Positions 1 to 10,622 of a DNA stretch of 64,000 nucleotides are shown in pieces (position 1 is the stretch's first letter; each line of letters starts with the position of its first letter). Under the pieces are notes generated by a model. It was given only the letters and a program-made list of their open reading frames with translations. It was not told where the DNA came from and made no database searches. The translations under genes were made by a program, and so were the position numbers. Origin of the DNA: Candidatus Bathyarchaeota archaeon (lineage in GTDB: Archaea > Thermoproteota > Bathyarchaeia > Bathyarchaeales > Bathycorpusculaceae); the NCBI GenBank assembly GCA_963806535.1, contig CAWDYC010000007.1:96001-160000 (forward strand), read 5' to 3'.

Positions 1-729
1 CCAATAATGCGCATTTTCGAAATTCCACAGGTCAACTGACCGATTTAATGCTTGAGAGATGCCAAACCTGTAAAACTCCAAATATCCATCAAGAGATTGA
101 CCAGTTTCATCGTAATACCTTCCTGTGTAGGGTGACGCTGTGTTATCCCCGCGAATCCAAAGTGGTGGCGTTCCATAACTTGCCTGACTATATTTAACGG
201 CAGTGTCATAGCTATTGTAAGCCAAAGTTATATTCCATTTAGATAAGTCATATTGATATTTGGCTGCCCAATAATATCCATATATCAAATACCTATCATA
301 AACACAAAAGCATTGCAAACCTTGCAAATCATAAAATTCAGCTGGCAAATCATTAGCCATCAAAGACGCAGCATCAAGGGCACGTTCTATAGTTGTTTGG
401 TTTGCCAAATTGTATTTGTCAACCACAGCATACCAATACATTATTGAATTCCAATCTGAACTAGGTAAAGCGTCAATCATAGTTTGAAATTCTTGTGGCG
501 TTACCGTCCCTATGCTCAGGCCCATATATGCGGTATCTAAGTCTTTAGTAAAATTAGTGTTGCTGACAAGATTCTTTATCGTGTTAGCTAATGTAGGATT
601 ACTGACGGAATCACCAAGGGTGGGTGTAATTGATATCATACTGGTGAGAAATACAATTATCAAACCTACTACTAGGATTTTCCTGTAATTTAATCTTTCA
701 GCTTTAAAAATGCCTGGAATATGAGACAA
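1..729 (-). CDS. Secreted protein, 3'-truncated by the window edge; possibly (alpha/alpha)6 / GH76-like
   Basis: Missing from the ORF track. Manual translation gives a stop-free frame from TTG 729 to base 1: signal peptide (RKILVVGLIIVFLTSMISITPTLG), then an aromatic-rich helical region with GRYYDETGQSLDGYLEFYRFG..ALNRSVDLWNF..HYW. The fold guess is weak. Confidence 0.7.
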   Translation of the reverse strand, partial: MSHIPGIFKAERLNYRKILVVGLIIVFLTSMISITPTLGDSVSNPTLANTIKNLVSNTNFTKDLDTAYMGLSIGTVTPQEFQTMIDALPSSDWNSIMYWYAVVDKYNLANQTTIERALDAASLMANDLPAEFYDLQGLQCFCVYDRYLIYGYYWAAKYQYDLSKWNITLAYNSYDTAVKYSQASYGTPPLWIRGDNTASPYTGRYYDETGQSLDGYLEFYRFGISQALNRSVDLWNFENAHYW

Positions 730-741
730 AGAAGCAATCCT

Positions 742-3700
742 CTAAGTCCCAGTCCCGTTTGTGCTCCAGTAGGTATTCCATCCATCTATGAAAAGCGCAA
801 TATCCTGGGAGTTTATCTTACCGTCGCCATTGAGATCGCAAATTGGATTAACTGTTCCGTTATTGTAGTAATGAATGTAAGCGTCAAATATGATAACGGC
901 GTCGTCAAAGCCGACTGAACCATCATGATTGAAATCGATTGTTGGAATCATTGGATTTAAGTTGCTGTTGACTGTGAGTTGAGCATTACCTGTTATTCCG
1001 TTAGATGTTGCAGTCACTGTCCAAATGCCGGAGTTTGACGCGGTGTATGCGTTTCCTGTCCAACTGCCACCGGCTGACAGGTTTGCAAGCCAGTTCACGT
1101 TGTTGGTTATATCCCATGTATTACCATTTAAATCTGAAGCATTCGCAGTAAATGATTGACTTGTTCCTGCTTCAATGGTTGAAGAAGTGGGAGTAATAGA
1201 AATTGTGTGTATTTGTCCGTGAGTAACTGTTAAAAAGGCGAGATCCGACAAACCGTTAAGAGAAGCAGTAATTGTCCATGTTCCTGCTTTGGCAGAGGTG
1301 TAAATGTTGCTGGACCAAGATCCTCCTGCGTTTGGATCAACGGTCCAAACAATAGTTGGTGTGATATCCCATGAGTTGCCAAATGAATCTGTTGCAAGAG
1401 CGGTTAATGACTGAGTAGAACCTGATTCAAATGATTGTGTTTTTGGCAATACGGAAATGCTGCTTGCTGAAGCGTGACCTACAATTACTGGAGCGATTGC
1501 TAATAATCCACCGACCATAGCGGTAATTGTCCATGTTCCAACTTTGGCGGCTGTATATGTATTAGCGTTCCATGAGCCTGCAGCGCCTTGGCTTGAGCTC
1601 CAACTTGCAGAATTAGAAACATCCCAAGTGTTACCATAACTGTCAGTTGCTGAAGCGGAGTAAACTTCGTTTGATCCTGCCATAAGCGTAATATTATATG
1701 GAGCAACTTGAATACTCGTTGCTGTTCCATGGTTTACCGTCAAATAAACGGATTTTGATATATTGTTGAATGTTCCAGTGATGTTCCAGACGCCTGAAAA
1801 TTCTGAAGTATATACATTTCCTAATAGAGTTCCACCGGCGCTTGAATCGATAGCCCAAATAGTTGAGCTAGTAACATCCCATGTATTGCCATTGGCGTCG
1901 CTTGCGGTGGCAGTGAAAGCTTGGGAAGAACCGGCAATAACAGATCCCGAGGAAGATCCTACTGTTATGCTTACTTCAGAACTGTGATTTACGATTACTG
2001 AGGTACTGCTTGATAATCCTGAATAAGTTCCTGTTACAGTCCAATCTCCTGCTGTATAGGAAGTGTATATATTGTTGCTCCATGTGCCAGATGCACCTGT
2101 ATCAATAGACCAACTTGTTGAGCTTGTTACGTCCCAGGTGTTTCCGCTTGAGTCAGAAGCTTTGGCAATAAAAGCTTGATTAAAACCAGCTATAATGATT
2201 GTTGAATCTGGACTTATAGTAAGGCTAATTGGAGATCCGTGATTAATTGCTACTGAAGCTGAATCTGACAAACTTCCTAAGGTAGCAGTAACTTGATAGT
2301 TGCCGGCATTTGCAGAATTATAGATGTTATTATTCCATGTGCCGTCAGCTCCAGAACTTATTGCCCAGTTTACTGAACCGCTTATATCCCATGAATTTTG
2401 ATAATTATCTGAGGCTAAAGCGGTGTATGATTCGGCAGATCCAGCAGTTATTGTTGCTGTTTTCGGCGATATAGTTAAGCCTGTTGCTTGTGCGTGATCC
2501 ACGGTTAAATAAGCGTAATCAGTGCAACCTAAATAAAGCCCTGAAACAGTCCAGCTTCCTGATGTTGAAGATGTATATTGATTAGCATTCCAATAGCCTC
2601 CTGCATTTTGTGATATTGACCATTGCGTTAAAGTGGTAACTGGCCACTGGTTACTGTAGATATCCGACGCTAGGGCTGAGTATACTTGATTGTTGCCAGC
2701 CACGATTTCGTTGTGATTTGGGCTTATTGCTAAGCTGACTGGTGATGCATGAGTTACTGTTAGCTGAGCTGTATCAGACAAACCTAAGCTTATGGCGGTA
2801 GCGTACCAAGTTCCTGCTATGGCAGAACTATATACATCATCTGACAAAGAACCACCTGCTTGTGAATCAATAAAAAATGTTGCCGAAGCTGTTGAGTCCC
2901 AACTATTTCCGTAAGAATCAAATGCTGTCGTGGTAAAAGTTTGTTGTGAACCAGCAACTATGTTGGGTGTTTTTGGGTCAACTTGAATGTGCGTTGCAAT
3001 TCCATGAATTATGCTTAGAGAAGCGGTGTCGGAGTAGCTCCCACATGTACCAGAAATAATCCATGTGCCTACTTTGCCACCATTATAAGTATTGCCGTTC
3101 CATGTTCCACCAGCTCCAGAATCTATTGTAAAAACAGTCGAGCTGGTAACATCCCATGTATTGCCAAAGCTATCACCTGCTAAAGCTGCAAAAGTATTTG
3201 GTGAACCAGCAGACAAACTGGATATTTTTGGAGATAACGTTAGGCTGGTTTGTGAACCATGAGTTATCGTTAAAGAGGCTGTTCCAGACAAGCTTGAGTA
3301 TTGACCTGTAATAATCCAGGTTCCGGCTTTAGCTGATGAATATATATTTCCGCTCCATGAACCGCCAGCGCTTGAATCAACACCCCAACTTGTTGAATCC
3401 GTAATGCTCCACGAATTTCCGTAATTATCTATTGCATTGCTTGCGAAAGTTATTGATGATCCCGCTGTAGCCAAATTTGTGTTTGTAAGCACAACAATTC
3501 TTGCCGGTAATGCATGGTTAACAGTTAGTGAGGAGGTATCTGATCTTCCTAAATACGTAGCAGTTACGGTAAAAATGCCCGCTTTGCTAGAAATGTACTG
3601 ATTTCCTATCCAGGTACCATCTGCACCAGAACTAATACTCCAAGTAATTAGACTCGTAACATCCCAAATATTACCGTAAACATCAGCCGCCAGAACCGTA

Positions 3701-4977
3701 AAAGTTCTGGAGTCGCCAGCGGTTAGAGTTGCTGTTTTAGGAGAAATTGATAAACTGGAAATAGGACCGTAATCAACGCTTATTGATGCTGTGTCAGAGC
3801 ATCCACCGATTGAAGCTGTGACGGCCCATGTGCCATATTTAGCTGACTTGTAAGTATGGCCATTCCAAGATCCTTCAGCGCCAGAACTAATACTCCATTT
3901 GGCAGCACTAGAGACATCCCAACTATTACCATAAGCATCAGAAGCCGTGGCCGTAAAAGTCAAACTCTGTCCAGCAATTTCAGCCGAGTTTTTTGGGGAA
4001 ATTAATATGCTAGCTGCCGCGGCAGGCGTAACTGTTAGTGAGGCTGTGTCTGAAAAAGTGCCTAATGAAGCTGTTATAGTCCATGTGTTAGCTTTCGCCG
4101 AAGTATAAGTATTACCGTTCCAGGATCCACCAGCACCAGAACTAATACGCCAGGTAATTAGACTGGTAACATCCCAATTGTTGCCATAACTGTCAAATGC
4201 ATTAACTGTAAAAGATTTCGAAGCACCAGCTGTCAAAGTTGCTGTTTTAGGAGATATTACTATACTGGTTGTCAAACCATGGTTTACTGTCAAAGAAGCT
4301 GAGTCAGTAAAACCTAAATAGGTGCCTGTTACCGTCCAAGTTCCAGTTTGAGAAGAGGTATAAACGTTTGCTGACCAGGAGCCCCCGGCACCAGTTGTTA
4401 TGCTCCAACTTGAGATTGTTGATACATCCCACGAGTTGCCATAGTAGTCTTTCGCTGTAGCTGTGTAGGCTTGATTACTACGTGTGTTTACAGTCGCTGT
4501 TTTTGGAGCTATTTGGATTTGTGTCGCAGATGCATGATTAACCGAGATTGAACTTGTTGTCGCAGAAACTGCTCCATCGGTTACAGTAATGGTTTGCGAG
4601 CCTGAAGTCACCAAGTTAAATCCACAGAAAGTATGAGCCCCTTTATCGTGACCGGGAGTAAAATGGTATTCGCACTGAGCTGAGTAAGGCAGAGTCGCCT
4701 TAGAATCGGTCGATAAGAAGTAGACATATCCGTTATAATTAGTTACAATTTTCCCGTTAGCGTTATAGGCCGTTATTGTTATGCAGCCGAAGCTTTTTCC
4801 GGCGACGACTGAAGCAGGAAAACCTGTTATTGTAAAGTGGTCAGGAGTGTGTTTAGCCTCGCTGTTAAGTACTTGTGGTTTAGAGACCATAATTTCTGAA
4901 CTGCCGATACTTGAAATCAATATTATGAGCGTCAGCGCAATAGCCAGCGCTACATTTCCAATAGCAAGCCTTCTCAT
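742..4977 (-). CDS. Giant secreted Ig-like repeat protein (14 x 85 aa) with C-terminal dockerin
   Basis: Signal peptide from MRRLAIG (ATG 4977; ORF track starts at 4998), one distinct Ig-like domain, 14 Big_2-like repeats, then the paired EF-hand dockerin DFNHDGSVGFDD...CDLNGDGKINSQD. Confidence 0.85.
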   Translation of the reverse strand: MRRLAIGNVALAIALTLIILISSIGSSEIMVSKPQVLNSEAKHTPDHFTITGFPASVVAGKSFGCITITAYNANGKIVTNYNGYVYFLSTDSKATLPYSAQCEYHFTPGHDKGAHTFCGFNLVTSGSQTITVTDGAVSATTSSISVNHASATQIQIAPKTATVNTRSNQAYTATAKDYYGNSWDVSTISSWSITTGAGGSWSANVYTSSQTGTWTVTGTYLGFTDSASLTVNHGLTTSIVISPKTATLTAGASKSFTVNAFDSYGNNWDVTSLITWRISSGAGGSWNGNTYTSAKANTWTITASLGTFSDTASLTVTPAAAASILISPKNSAEIAGQSLTFTATASDAYGNSWDVSSAAKWSISSGAEGSWNGHTYKSAKYGTWAVTASIGGCSDTASISVDYGPISSLSISPKTATLTAGDSRTFTVLAADVYGNIWDVTSLITWSISSGADGTWIGNQYISSKAGIFTVTATYLGRSDTSSLTVNHALPARIVVLTNTNLATAGSSITFASNAIDNYGNSWSITDSTSWGVDSSAGGSWSGNIYSSAKAGTWIITGQYSSLSGTASLTITHGSQTSLTLSPKISSLSAGSPNTFAALAGDSFGNTWDVTSSTVFTIDSGAGGTWNGNTYNGGKVGTWIISGTCGSYSDTASLSIIHGIATHIQVDPKTPNIVAGSQQTFTTTAFDSYGNSWDSTASATFFIDSQAGGSLSDDVYSSAIAGTWYATAISLGLSDTAQLTVTHASPVSLAISPNHNEIVAGNNQVYSALASDIYSNQWPVTTLTQWSISQNAGGYWNANQYTSSTSGSWTVSGLYLGCTDYAYLTVDHAQATGLTISPKTATITAGSAESYTALASDNYQNSWDISGSVNWAISSGADGTWNNNIYNSANAGNYQVTATLGSLSDSASVAINHGSPISLTISPDSTIIIAGFNQAFIAKASDSSGNTWDVTSSTSWSIDTGASGTWSNNIYTSYTAGDWTVTGTYSGLSSSTSVIVNHSSEVSITVGSSSGSVIAGSSQAFTATASDANGNTWDVTSSTIWAIDSSAGGTLLGNVYTSEFSGVWNITGTFNNISKSVYLTVNHGTATSIQVAPYNITLMAGSNEVYSASATDSYGNTWDVSNSASWSSSQGAAGSWNANTYTAAKVGTWTITAMVGGLLAIAPVIVGHASASSISVLPKTQSFESGSTQSLTALATDSFGNSWDITPTIVWTVDPNAGGSWSSNIYTSAKAGTWTITASLNGLSDLAFLTVTHGQIHTISITPTSSTIEAGTSQSFTANASDLNGNTWDITNNVNWLANLSAGGSWTGNAYTASNSGIWTVTATSNGITGNAQLTVNSNLNPMIPTIDFNHDGSVGFDDAVIIFDAYIHYYNNGTVNPICDLNGDGKINSQDIALFIDGWNTYWSTNGTGT
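967..4536 (-). repeat. Intragenic tandem repeat, 14 x 255 bp
   Basis: Each unit reads Hxxxxx(I/L)xxxP...AG....FTA.A.D.YGN.WDVT....W......GG.W..N.Y.S...G.W.(V/I)T..........LTV. The 14 units span exactly 3570 bp. Confidence 0.9.
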
Positions 4978-5121
4978 GTTTAGCCTTTCTCCAAGCAAGT
5001 TGGCTGGTGAACAATCTATTTACCACTTCTCCAAATAGAATCAATAGAGCTAAAGCTAATTTATTTATCAATAGATTTTCATTAGACAATTGAAAAAAAT
5101 ATGTTTATTGAATCTTGTTTA

Positions 5122-6498
5122 TTAAGGAAGTATTTGGAAGTTAACAATTGTTTCTGGGGCTAATGCGGTTTGATTTGAGTTTAACAAACAGATATATAAT
5201 GTCGCTTGACCAGTGAAAGCGGTCGAGGGGACAGAAAGAGTTAGATCAACTACGGTAAAGTTTTGCATTTGCAAAGTGTTTGTAAACCTATAAGAGCCTA
5301 TAGGGGTATTTGCTTGGTCAAATACAGTTATGTCTAGTTCAGAAGTTGGAGCGGAAAACAATCCATTATTTATTGTCAATTCGATTGGAAAAGCTTCTGA
5401 TCTGTGAACGCTTGAAGGGATTTGAATGTTCTCAACGTTACTCAAATAGTTAAAAGAAAAAGTTGTTGAATTACTCACGGTTCCTTGGGCAATACTTAAA
5501 GAAGCAGTTATTGACCAAGTGCCAAATACAATTTGAGTTGCATTGGGGTCTGGTGAAGGTAACCCATATTCAATTTGCGCAATACCACTTTGGTTTGTTG
5601 GAGCAACTTGAGTGGCTATCACGGAACCGTTTGTATTCTGAATTGAAAATAAAACGCTCTGATTGGAAAAGACTTGATTTTGATAGGTTACTAACGCGTA
5701 TATTTTAATCAGGTCTCGGGGGCCATACGTTGCCATCGATCCAGCGGCGGGTATACCTCCTTTGTTTTTGAAAACAGTTATTGTTGCATTTTGTAGCGGA
5801 GTTGAGTTGGGCGTTGGAGAAGGTGATGTACTGGGAGAAGGAGTTGGTGTGCTTTGAGATGTTGATGAAATAGTAACTGTTGCACTATTACAGGCAACGC
5901 TTAGCCCATTATCAGTAGGATTTTGGGCTTCACTGTAATTTGCATATACGCTAGCGTCTCCAATTGTTATAGGGCTAGTTCCAAAGTTTGTAATATTAAA
6001 TGTCAATGTTGATATTACTCCTGACGAAGCACGAGCTACTGCGTCTGTTTGAATAGCTTCCGTCAAGCCACCCATAATTGATCCCCCTAAGTTATCCCAG
6101 AGCGATTTTGTGTTGCCTAGGAATGCTACAGGGCCATTCTTCGTATTATTGGCTAGAAATGGTCCTTCTTGGACTTGTATAAGCTGTATTACGCTTGAAT
6201 TCCAGGTTACTGTAGGTATAGTCCAGCTCCAAATGCTTGGCACGTTATCGATTCTAACATCGATTTTGAAAGTGGTGTTAATTGGGGTAGGATTGGAACC
6301 AATTGTTATTTGCGAATTATTCGTGGTTCCTGAAAGAACTGCACTCATAGAAGTGGGAGGAGAACTAGCTAAACTTGAGCTTACTATCGTAAATATCGTT
6401 AAGGCGAGTGATATTGTCATTAGCGACACGATTAGTTTCTTAGCCAGCTTCATTTTGCATGTTTTCCTCAATAGTTTTAAGGGATAAGTTATTTTCAA
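5122..6498 (-). CDS. Secreted cohesin protein (1 cohesin, S/T/P linker, two Ig/MG2-like domains)
   Basis: Cohesin motifs IDVRIDNV..IWSW....WNSSVIQLIQVQEGPFL...SGVISTLTFNITNFGTSPITI. No C-terminal anchor. Alternative ATG at 6453. Confidence 0.8.
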   Translation of the reverse strand: MKITYPLKLLRKTCKMKLAKKLIVSLMTISLALTIFTIVSSSLASSPPTSMSAVLSGTTNNSQITIGSNPTPINTTFKIDVRIDNVPSIWSWTIPTVTWNSSVIQLIQVQEGPFLANNTKNGPVAFLGNTKSLWDNLGGSIMGGLTEAIQTDAVARASSGVISTLTFNITNFGTSPITIGDASVYANYSEAQNPTDNGLSVACNSATVTISSTSQSTPTPSPSTSPSPTPNSTPLQNATITVFKNKGGIPAAGSMATYGPRDLIKIYALVTYQNQVFSNQSVLFSIQNTNGSVIATQVAPTNQSGIAQIEYGLPSPDPNATQIVFGTWSITASLSIAQGTVSNSTTFSFNYLSNVENIQIPSSVHRSEAFPIELTINNGLFSAPTSELDITVFDQANTPIGSYRFTNTLQMQNFTVVDLTLSVPSTAFTGQATLYICLLNSNQTALAPETIVNFQILP

Positions 6499-8606
6499 GT
6501 TTTTATCTGGAAGTTAGAAGTTGATTCTGGACATAATGGCACTCCTCCGGCTGTGGGGAGATTTGTCATAACATTGACCCGAGTTGTCGCTGTTCCCACG
6601 AAAGCCCATGAAGGTATTGTTACAGTTATTGTAGAGCTTACTAATCCTCCCGAACCTGAATTAATCGTTGTTTTAGCAAAAGCCACAGGAACTTCTTGAT
6701 CATCACAAATGGTAACAGTTAGCAGTGCAGACATGTTGGCGGTTGCCTGAAGATTAATCGTTATTTGTATGGACTGTGATCTCTGCACACTGGCCGGTGT
6801 TTGAATTCCAGTGATACTTATTATGTTAATTAGGTAGTTGAATTTGAAATGTAGTGTATCTGTAACCACTACTTGTGAAATGTCAACTGACGCCACAATT
6901 GACCAATTTCCAAATAGAGATTGTTGATTAGTGTCTGGCCATGGAAGTCGGAATTCCCAATTTGCATATCCGGTTGCATTTGACAATGCTGAAGTCAGAC
7001 TAACAACTGTACCATTTGGATCCATGACGTCAAAGGCCACCAGTTTACCGACAACGGGGGCATTATTGTAAGTAACAAGGGCATATACTTTTACAAGCTC
7101 TTGAGGACCATAAGGACCGCTGTCAACATTTTGTCCTACTCCGCCTTTGTCAGTAAAAACATCAATTGATGCATTTTGAAGAGTACTTGATGGCACTATT
7201 TGTATCCAAGCATTTGTTGTTGAGGTATTGGAGTAGCTTGACGAGGGAACTGATTTTAAATCAGGGGCAGTAACGATCAAAGTTATTTTAAGGGTTGTTG
7301 GAGCTGATACAATAAAAGAAACGGCTTTACCGCTGTAGGATCCAAACAGTGACATGTTAGAATATTGTACTAACCAAGCATAATTTGTAATGTCACAGGT
7401 CATTCCGTCCCAACCAGCAGTTGAAGCACTTCCATCTAAAAGGATAGGGGCACCTACGGAAAAGGTGGTTCCGTTTGCGGGATTGAAATTAGCCACTGGA
7501 TTGGTTGGATTCGTTGGAGTAGGAGTTGGTGTAGGAGATGAGGAAGGAGTTGGCGTAGGAGTTGGGCTTCCTGAGGGTAAAACTGAAATTAATGCGCTAT
7601 TGCAGGTTGCACTGCTGCCAATGTCGCTGCTGCTCGAGTATACTGTAAAGCTGCTAATTGTCAGTGGGGTTGTTCCGTAACCTGTTACGTTAAATGTTAA
7701 CGTTGCAAGTACCCCCGCGGTGCCAACCGCGTGTACATTAGATCTAAGTGCTTCACTTAAGCCTCCCAAAATTGAACCGCCAGTATTGTCCCACAATTGA
7801 GAACTATCTCCTATGAAAGATGTCCCACCTCCCGTGCCAAGAAACGGTCCTTCTGAAACGCTTGTTAACTGAAGGATTGAAGCATTCCAATTTACGTTAT
7901 CCAATGTCCAACCCCAAAGATTAGCAACATTATCGACTCTAACATCAATGGATATAGAGGAGCCCATTGGATCGGGACTGGGACCTACCGTAATGCTTAG
8001 AGTGCTCGTAGTTCCCGATTTAACAGCACTTGCAACGGCACTCGAAGCAGCGCTGAAAGCCATAGTTGGTTCCGAATAACTGAAAGCAGCGTTTGCTACT
8101 GTTGCAGGTATCAGAGGATTGGAAGGTCCGGAGCCTTGGATTGGTGCGAGCAATTGAACATTAGTTAGTGTTAGCTGGGTTGATCCAAAATTAATTATTT
8201 GGAAGAGAAAGATAGCCAAGTCGCCGGAACCTGAAACATTGCCTTGATTTGTTAGAATGTCGTTTATATTTTGAATTACACCTGCGCTGTTGTCTATTGG
8301 AGAGGAGGTAACTGACGTTTGTCCAGCGGTTCTAAGAAAAGAGCCTTCACTTGAATTCATTAATTGAAGAACCGAAGGATCCCATGATAAACCTAAACTC
8401 CAACCACAAAGACCATTTACGTTGGAAACATAAGCCGTCACAGCAAAGGTTGCCCCTATTCCAAACGATTGACCAGAAATTACCGGCGGATCTAAACTAA
8501 CAGAGGTAGATTCAGAGCCATAAATGCCTCTTGAGAAAAGTAATAACGAAGTAAAGATGATTGCGACAACGAACGCGCAAGTTATTTTTTTAGTTTTAAT
8601 TTTCAA
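6495..8606 (-). CDS. Secreted scaffoldin-like protein (2 cohesins, PT linker, PKD-like domain, Ig/MG2-like pair)
   Basis: Two W(D/N)..(V/I)LQL....EG.FL cohesin motifs, a PTPTP linker, PKD-like PVANF...LDGSAS....ITNYAW, then a YGPQELVKVYALVTYN domain. Confidence 0.85.
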   Translation of the reverse strand: MKIKTKKITCAFVVAIIFTSLLLFSRGIYGSESTSVSLDPPVISGQSFGIGATFAVTAYVSNVNGLCGWSLGLSWDPSVLQLMNSSEGSFLRTAGQTSVTSSPIDNSAGVIQNINDILTNQGNVSGSGDLAIFLFQIINFGSTQLTLTNVQLLAPIQGSGPSNPLIPATVANAAFSYSEPTMAFSAASSAVASAVKSGTTSTLSITVGPSPDPMGSSISIDVRVDNVANLWGWTLDNVNWNASILQLTSVSEGPFLGTGGGTSFIGDSSQLWDNTGGSILGGLSEALRSNVHAVGTAGVLATLTFNVTGYGTTPLTISSFTVYSSSSDIGSSATCNSALISVLPSGSPTPTPTPSSSPTPTPTPTNPTNPVANFNPANGTTFSVGAPILLDGSASTAGWDGMTCDITNYAWLVQYSNMSLFGSYSGKAVSFIVSAPTTLKITLIVTAPDLKSVPSSSYSNTSTTNAWIQIVPSSTLQNASIDVFTDKGGVGQNVDSGPYGPQELVKVYALVTYNNAPVVGKLVAFDVMDPNGTVVSLTSALSNATGYANWEFRLPWPDTNQQSLFGNWSIVASVDISQVVVTDTLHFKFNYLINIISITGIQTPASVQRSQSIQITINLQATANMSALLTVTICDDQEVPVAFAKTTINSGSGGLVSSTITVTIPSWAFVGTATTRVNVMTNLPTAGGVPLCPESTSNFQIKT

Positions 8607-8797
8607 TATCCCCTTTTCCTCATTTGAATGATAATCGACCTAGGTTTAAGTCGATTCTTCCTTCCCTTGGTTTTAAGAAGACACATTGAGCCTTTTCTAT
8701 CTTTATTAAATAAACTATAGAGAAATCAATAGTTGGATTTCCAATAAATATATCAACCAATCATTAAGAAATAATGTTGTTAGGTGAAAGTTGGTTC

Positions 8798-9412
8798 TTA
8801 AGGTATTACATTTACTATGGTAACCTGGCCGTTTACTGGCGTGCAATTGATATTTTGGTGAATGCCAGATTCGGCATTGGAGTTCGATTGAATTTCCATG
8901 GGATTGTATAAAATTACTGCTGAAGTTCCGCTTACTGGGTTCGGACCATTTATAGTGATTGGCGACGTTCCTGCTGCGATTACTGTGAATTTTAAGGTCA
9001 CAAGTACGCCACTGCCTTGAGCAGTCTTATTTTCATTTATTGCAGCCATAGTATTAATCAGATCCCCCCGGTAAGTTTCAGGTACACCATTAGTTGATAT
9101 AAAGAAAGTTGGTCCACCAGATTTTAGGAATGGACCTTCCGAAACTTGAGTTAGATTTAGAACTTGGGGGTTATAAGTTAGATTGTCAAGTTCCCAGCCC
9201 CAAAGGTTTTTAACATCAGTAATATTGAGGGTAACTTGGATCGTTTGTCCAATTTTTGCATTTTGAACTGTCGTAGATACAGGATCAACGCTAACCGTTG
9301 GTATTGTTTGTGATTGGACTGCGCCTGTAGATGACGAAAAGTAGACAAATGCAACGGCGGCGACTATAATTAGAAGGATTACTATTGTTGCAGTGATAAT
9401 TTTCTTATTCAT
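8798..9412 (-). CDS. Single-cohesin protein with N-terminal signal or membrane anchor
   Basis: Hydrophobic N-terminus; LWGWELDNLTYNPQVLNLTQVSEGPFL...GSGVLVTLKFTV. Confidence 0.85.
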   Translation of the reverse strand: MNKKIITATIVILLIIVAAVAFVYFSSSTGAVQSQTIPTVSVDPVSTTVQNAKIGQTIQVTLNITDVKNLWGWELDNLTYNPQVLNLTQVSEGPFLKSGGPTFFISTNGVPETYRGDLINTMAAINENKTAQGSGVLVTLKFTVIAAGTSPITINGPNPVSGTSAVILYNPMEIQSNSNAESGIHQNINCTPVNGQVTIVNVIP

Positions 9413-9591
9413 AATTGTTCATGCTCTTCCTATTTGTTGTTTTTAAGATTAAGTTAGAAGATTATTTAGCCTGTTGATATTATTTTATATATAATATAGA
9501 CTCTTTAATCGTGGAAGGTTAATGCAGATTAAGATCGATTAGCCATAGAAAAAGGCCATTCAAGAAAATATTGGTTCTGAGGGTAAAAAAA

Positions 9592-10467
9592 CTACAAAAA
9601 AGATACCGGTTCTCTTACCGTTTTCCTCTTTATTTGGAATGCCAAAGCTGCTATCAATGGAATTACTAAGAGTGGCACTATTATCCAGGTTGAAAGTTCC
9701 GGTGTGGTTGGTGTTGGGCTGCTAGTTGGTTGGGATGAACTGGACTGGGTCGGATGAGTGTTCTGTGTAACAGTGGATGTTGGGCTCGATTGTGCAGTAT
9801 TTTGGGGGGTGGCGGTGGCAGTTGGGCTTGAAAAAGGAGAATTGTCAGTAATGGTGACTGTGGCACTATTGCACTTTACATTTATTGGATTGCTAAGATC
9901 GTTATCACTCGCATAAACGGTGGCACCTCCAATAGTTATTTGACAATTGCCTGAGCCGACAACTGTGAAAATCAACGTTGATACGATACCTGAAAAATCA
10001 TGAGATTGTCCGGCAACATTCATTGATTCTGCAAGTCCGCCATTTAACACTCCGTTGACATTATCCCACAATTGAGGTGAGTTGCCAATCATGTAAGCTG
10101 AATATTGAGTGTTGCTCAATAAGAACGGGCCTTCAGTAACTTGGGTCAGATTCACTACTGCTGGATTCCATGTTACAGTGGATATGGTCCAAGCCCAAAT
10201 ATTTGTGACGTTTTCAATCTTTATGTCTATGCTGACATTGGTACCTAGAGCTACTGAACCTAGGGAAATTTGGGACGTGTACTGCGTACCAGATTGCACC
10301 ACACTAAAGACAGCATTTGAAAGAGGGCTTGATGTTGCCATAGGGATAATCTGCTGATTAGTGCCAGCCATCGCAGTCTCACTGAATAACAATCTTGATT
10401 CTGACATTATAGCTAGAAGAAATAGACAGATAAGAAATACAGAGATTATTGTTTTTCTTTTATTCAA
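9592..10467 (-). CDS. Anchoring cohesin protein with PEF-CTERM-like sorting signal
   Basis: Signal peptide, cohesin (WNPAVVNLTQVTEGPFL), S/T/P linker, then PELST + TM helix + KRK. Confidence 0.85.
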   Translation of the reverse strand: MNKRKTIISVFLICLFLLAIMSESRLLFSETAMAGTNQQIIPMATSSPLSNAVFSVVQSGTQYTSQISLGSVALGTNVSIDIKIENVTNIWAWTISTVTWNPAVVNLTQVTEGPFLLSNTQYSAYMIGNSPQLWDNVNGVLNGGLAESMNVAGQSHDFSGIVSTLIFTVVGSGNCQITIGGATVYASDNDLSNPINVKCNSATVTITDNSPFSSPTATATPQNTAQSSPTSTVTQNTHPTQSSSSQPTSSPTPTTPELSTWIIVPLLVIPLIAALAFQIKRKTVREPVSFL

Positions 10468-10622
10468 TTTTGTTCCCTTCTTTGTTGGATTTCGTTATTA
10501 GCCATGGATTATATGGCTTCACGGTTAGTCAAGCTGGATGCAAGAAAGCCTATTGTATGTTGAGTTTGTAATTTCTATAGATAGCAATAGTTTTCGTTTA
10601 AGATATTTAGAAAGAAAAGAAG

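Noticed and set aside
727-744. Amber (pyrrolysine) read-through joining the repeat protein to the in-frame downstream ORF
   Set aside because: The downstream ORF has its own GAGG, TTG start and signal peptide, the dockerin is a natural C-terminus, and no pyl genes are in the window.
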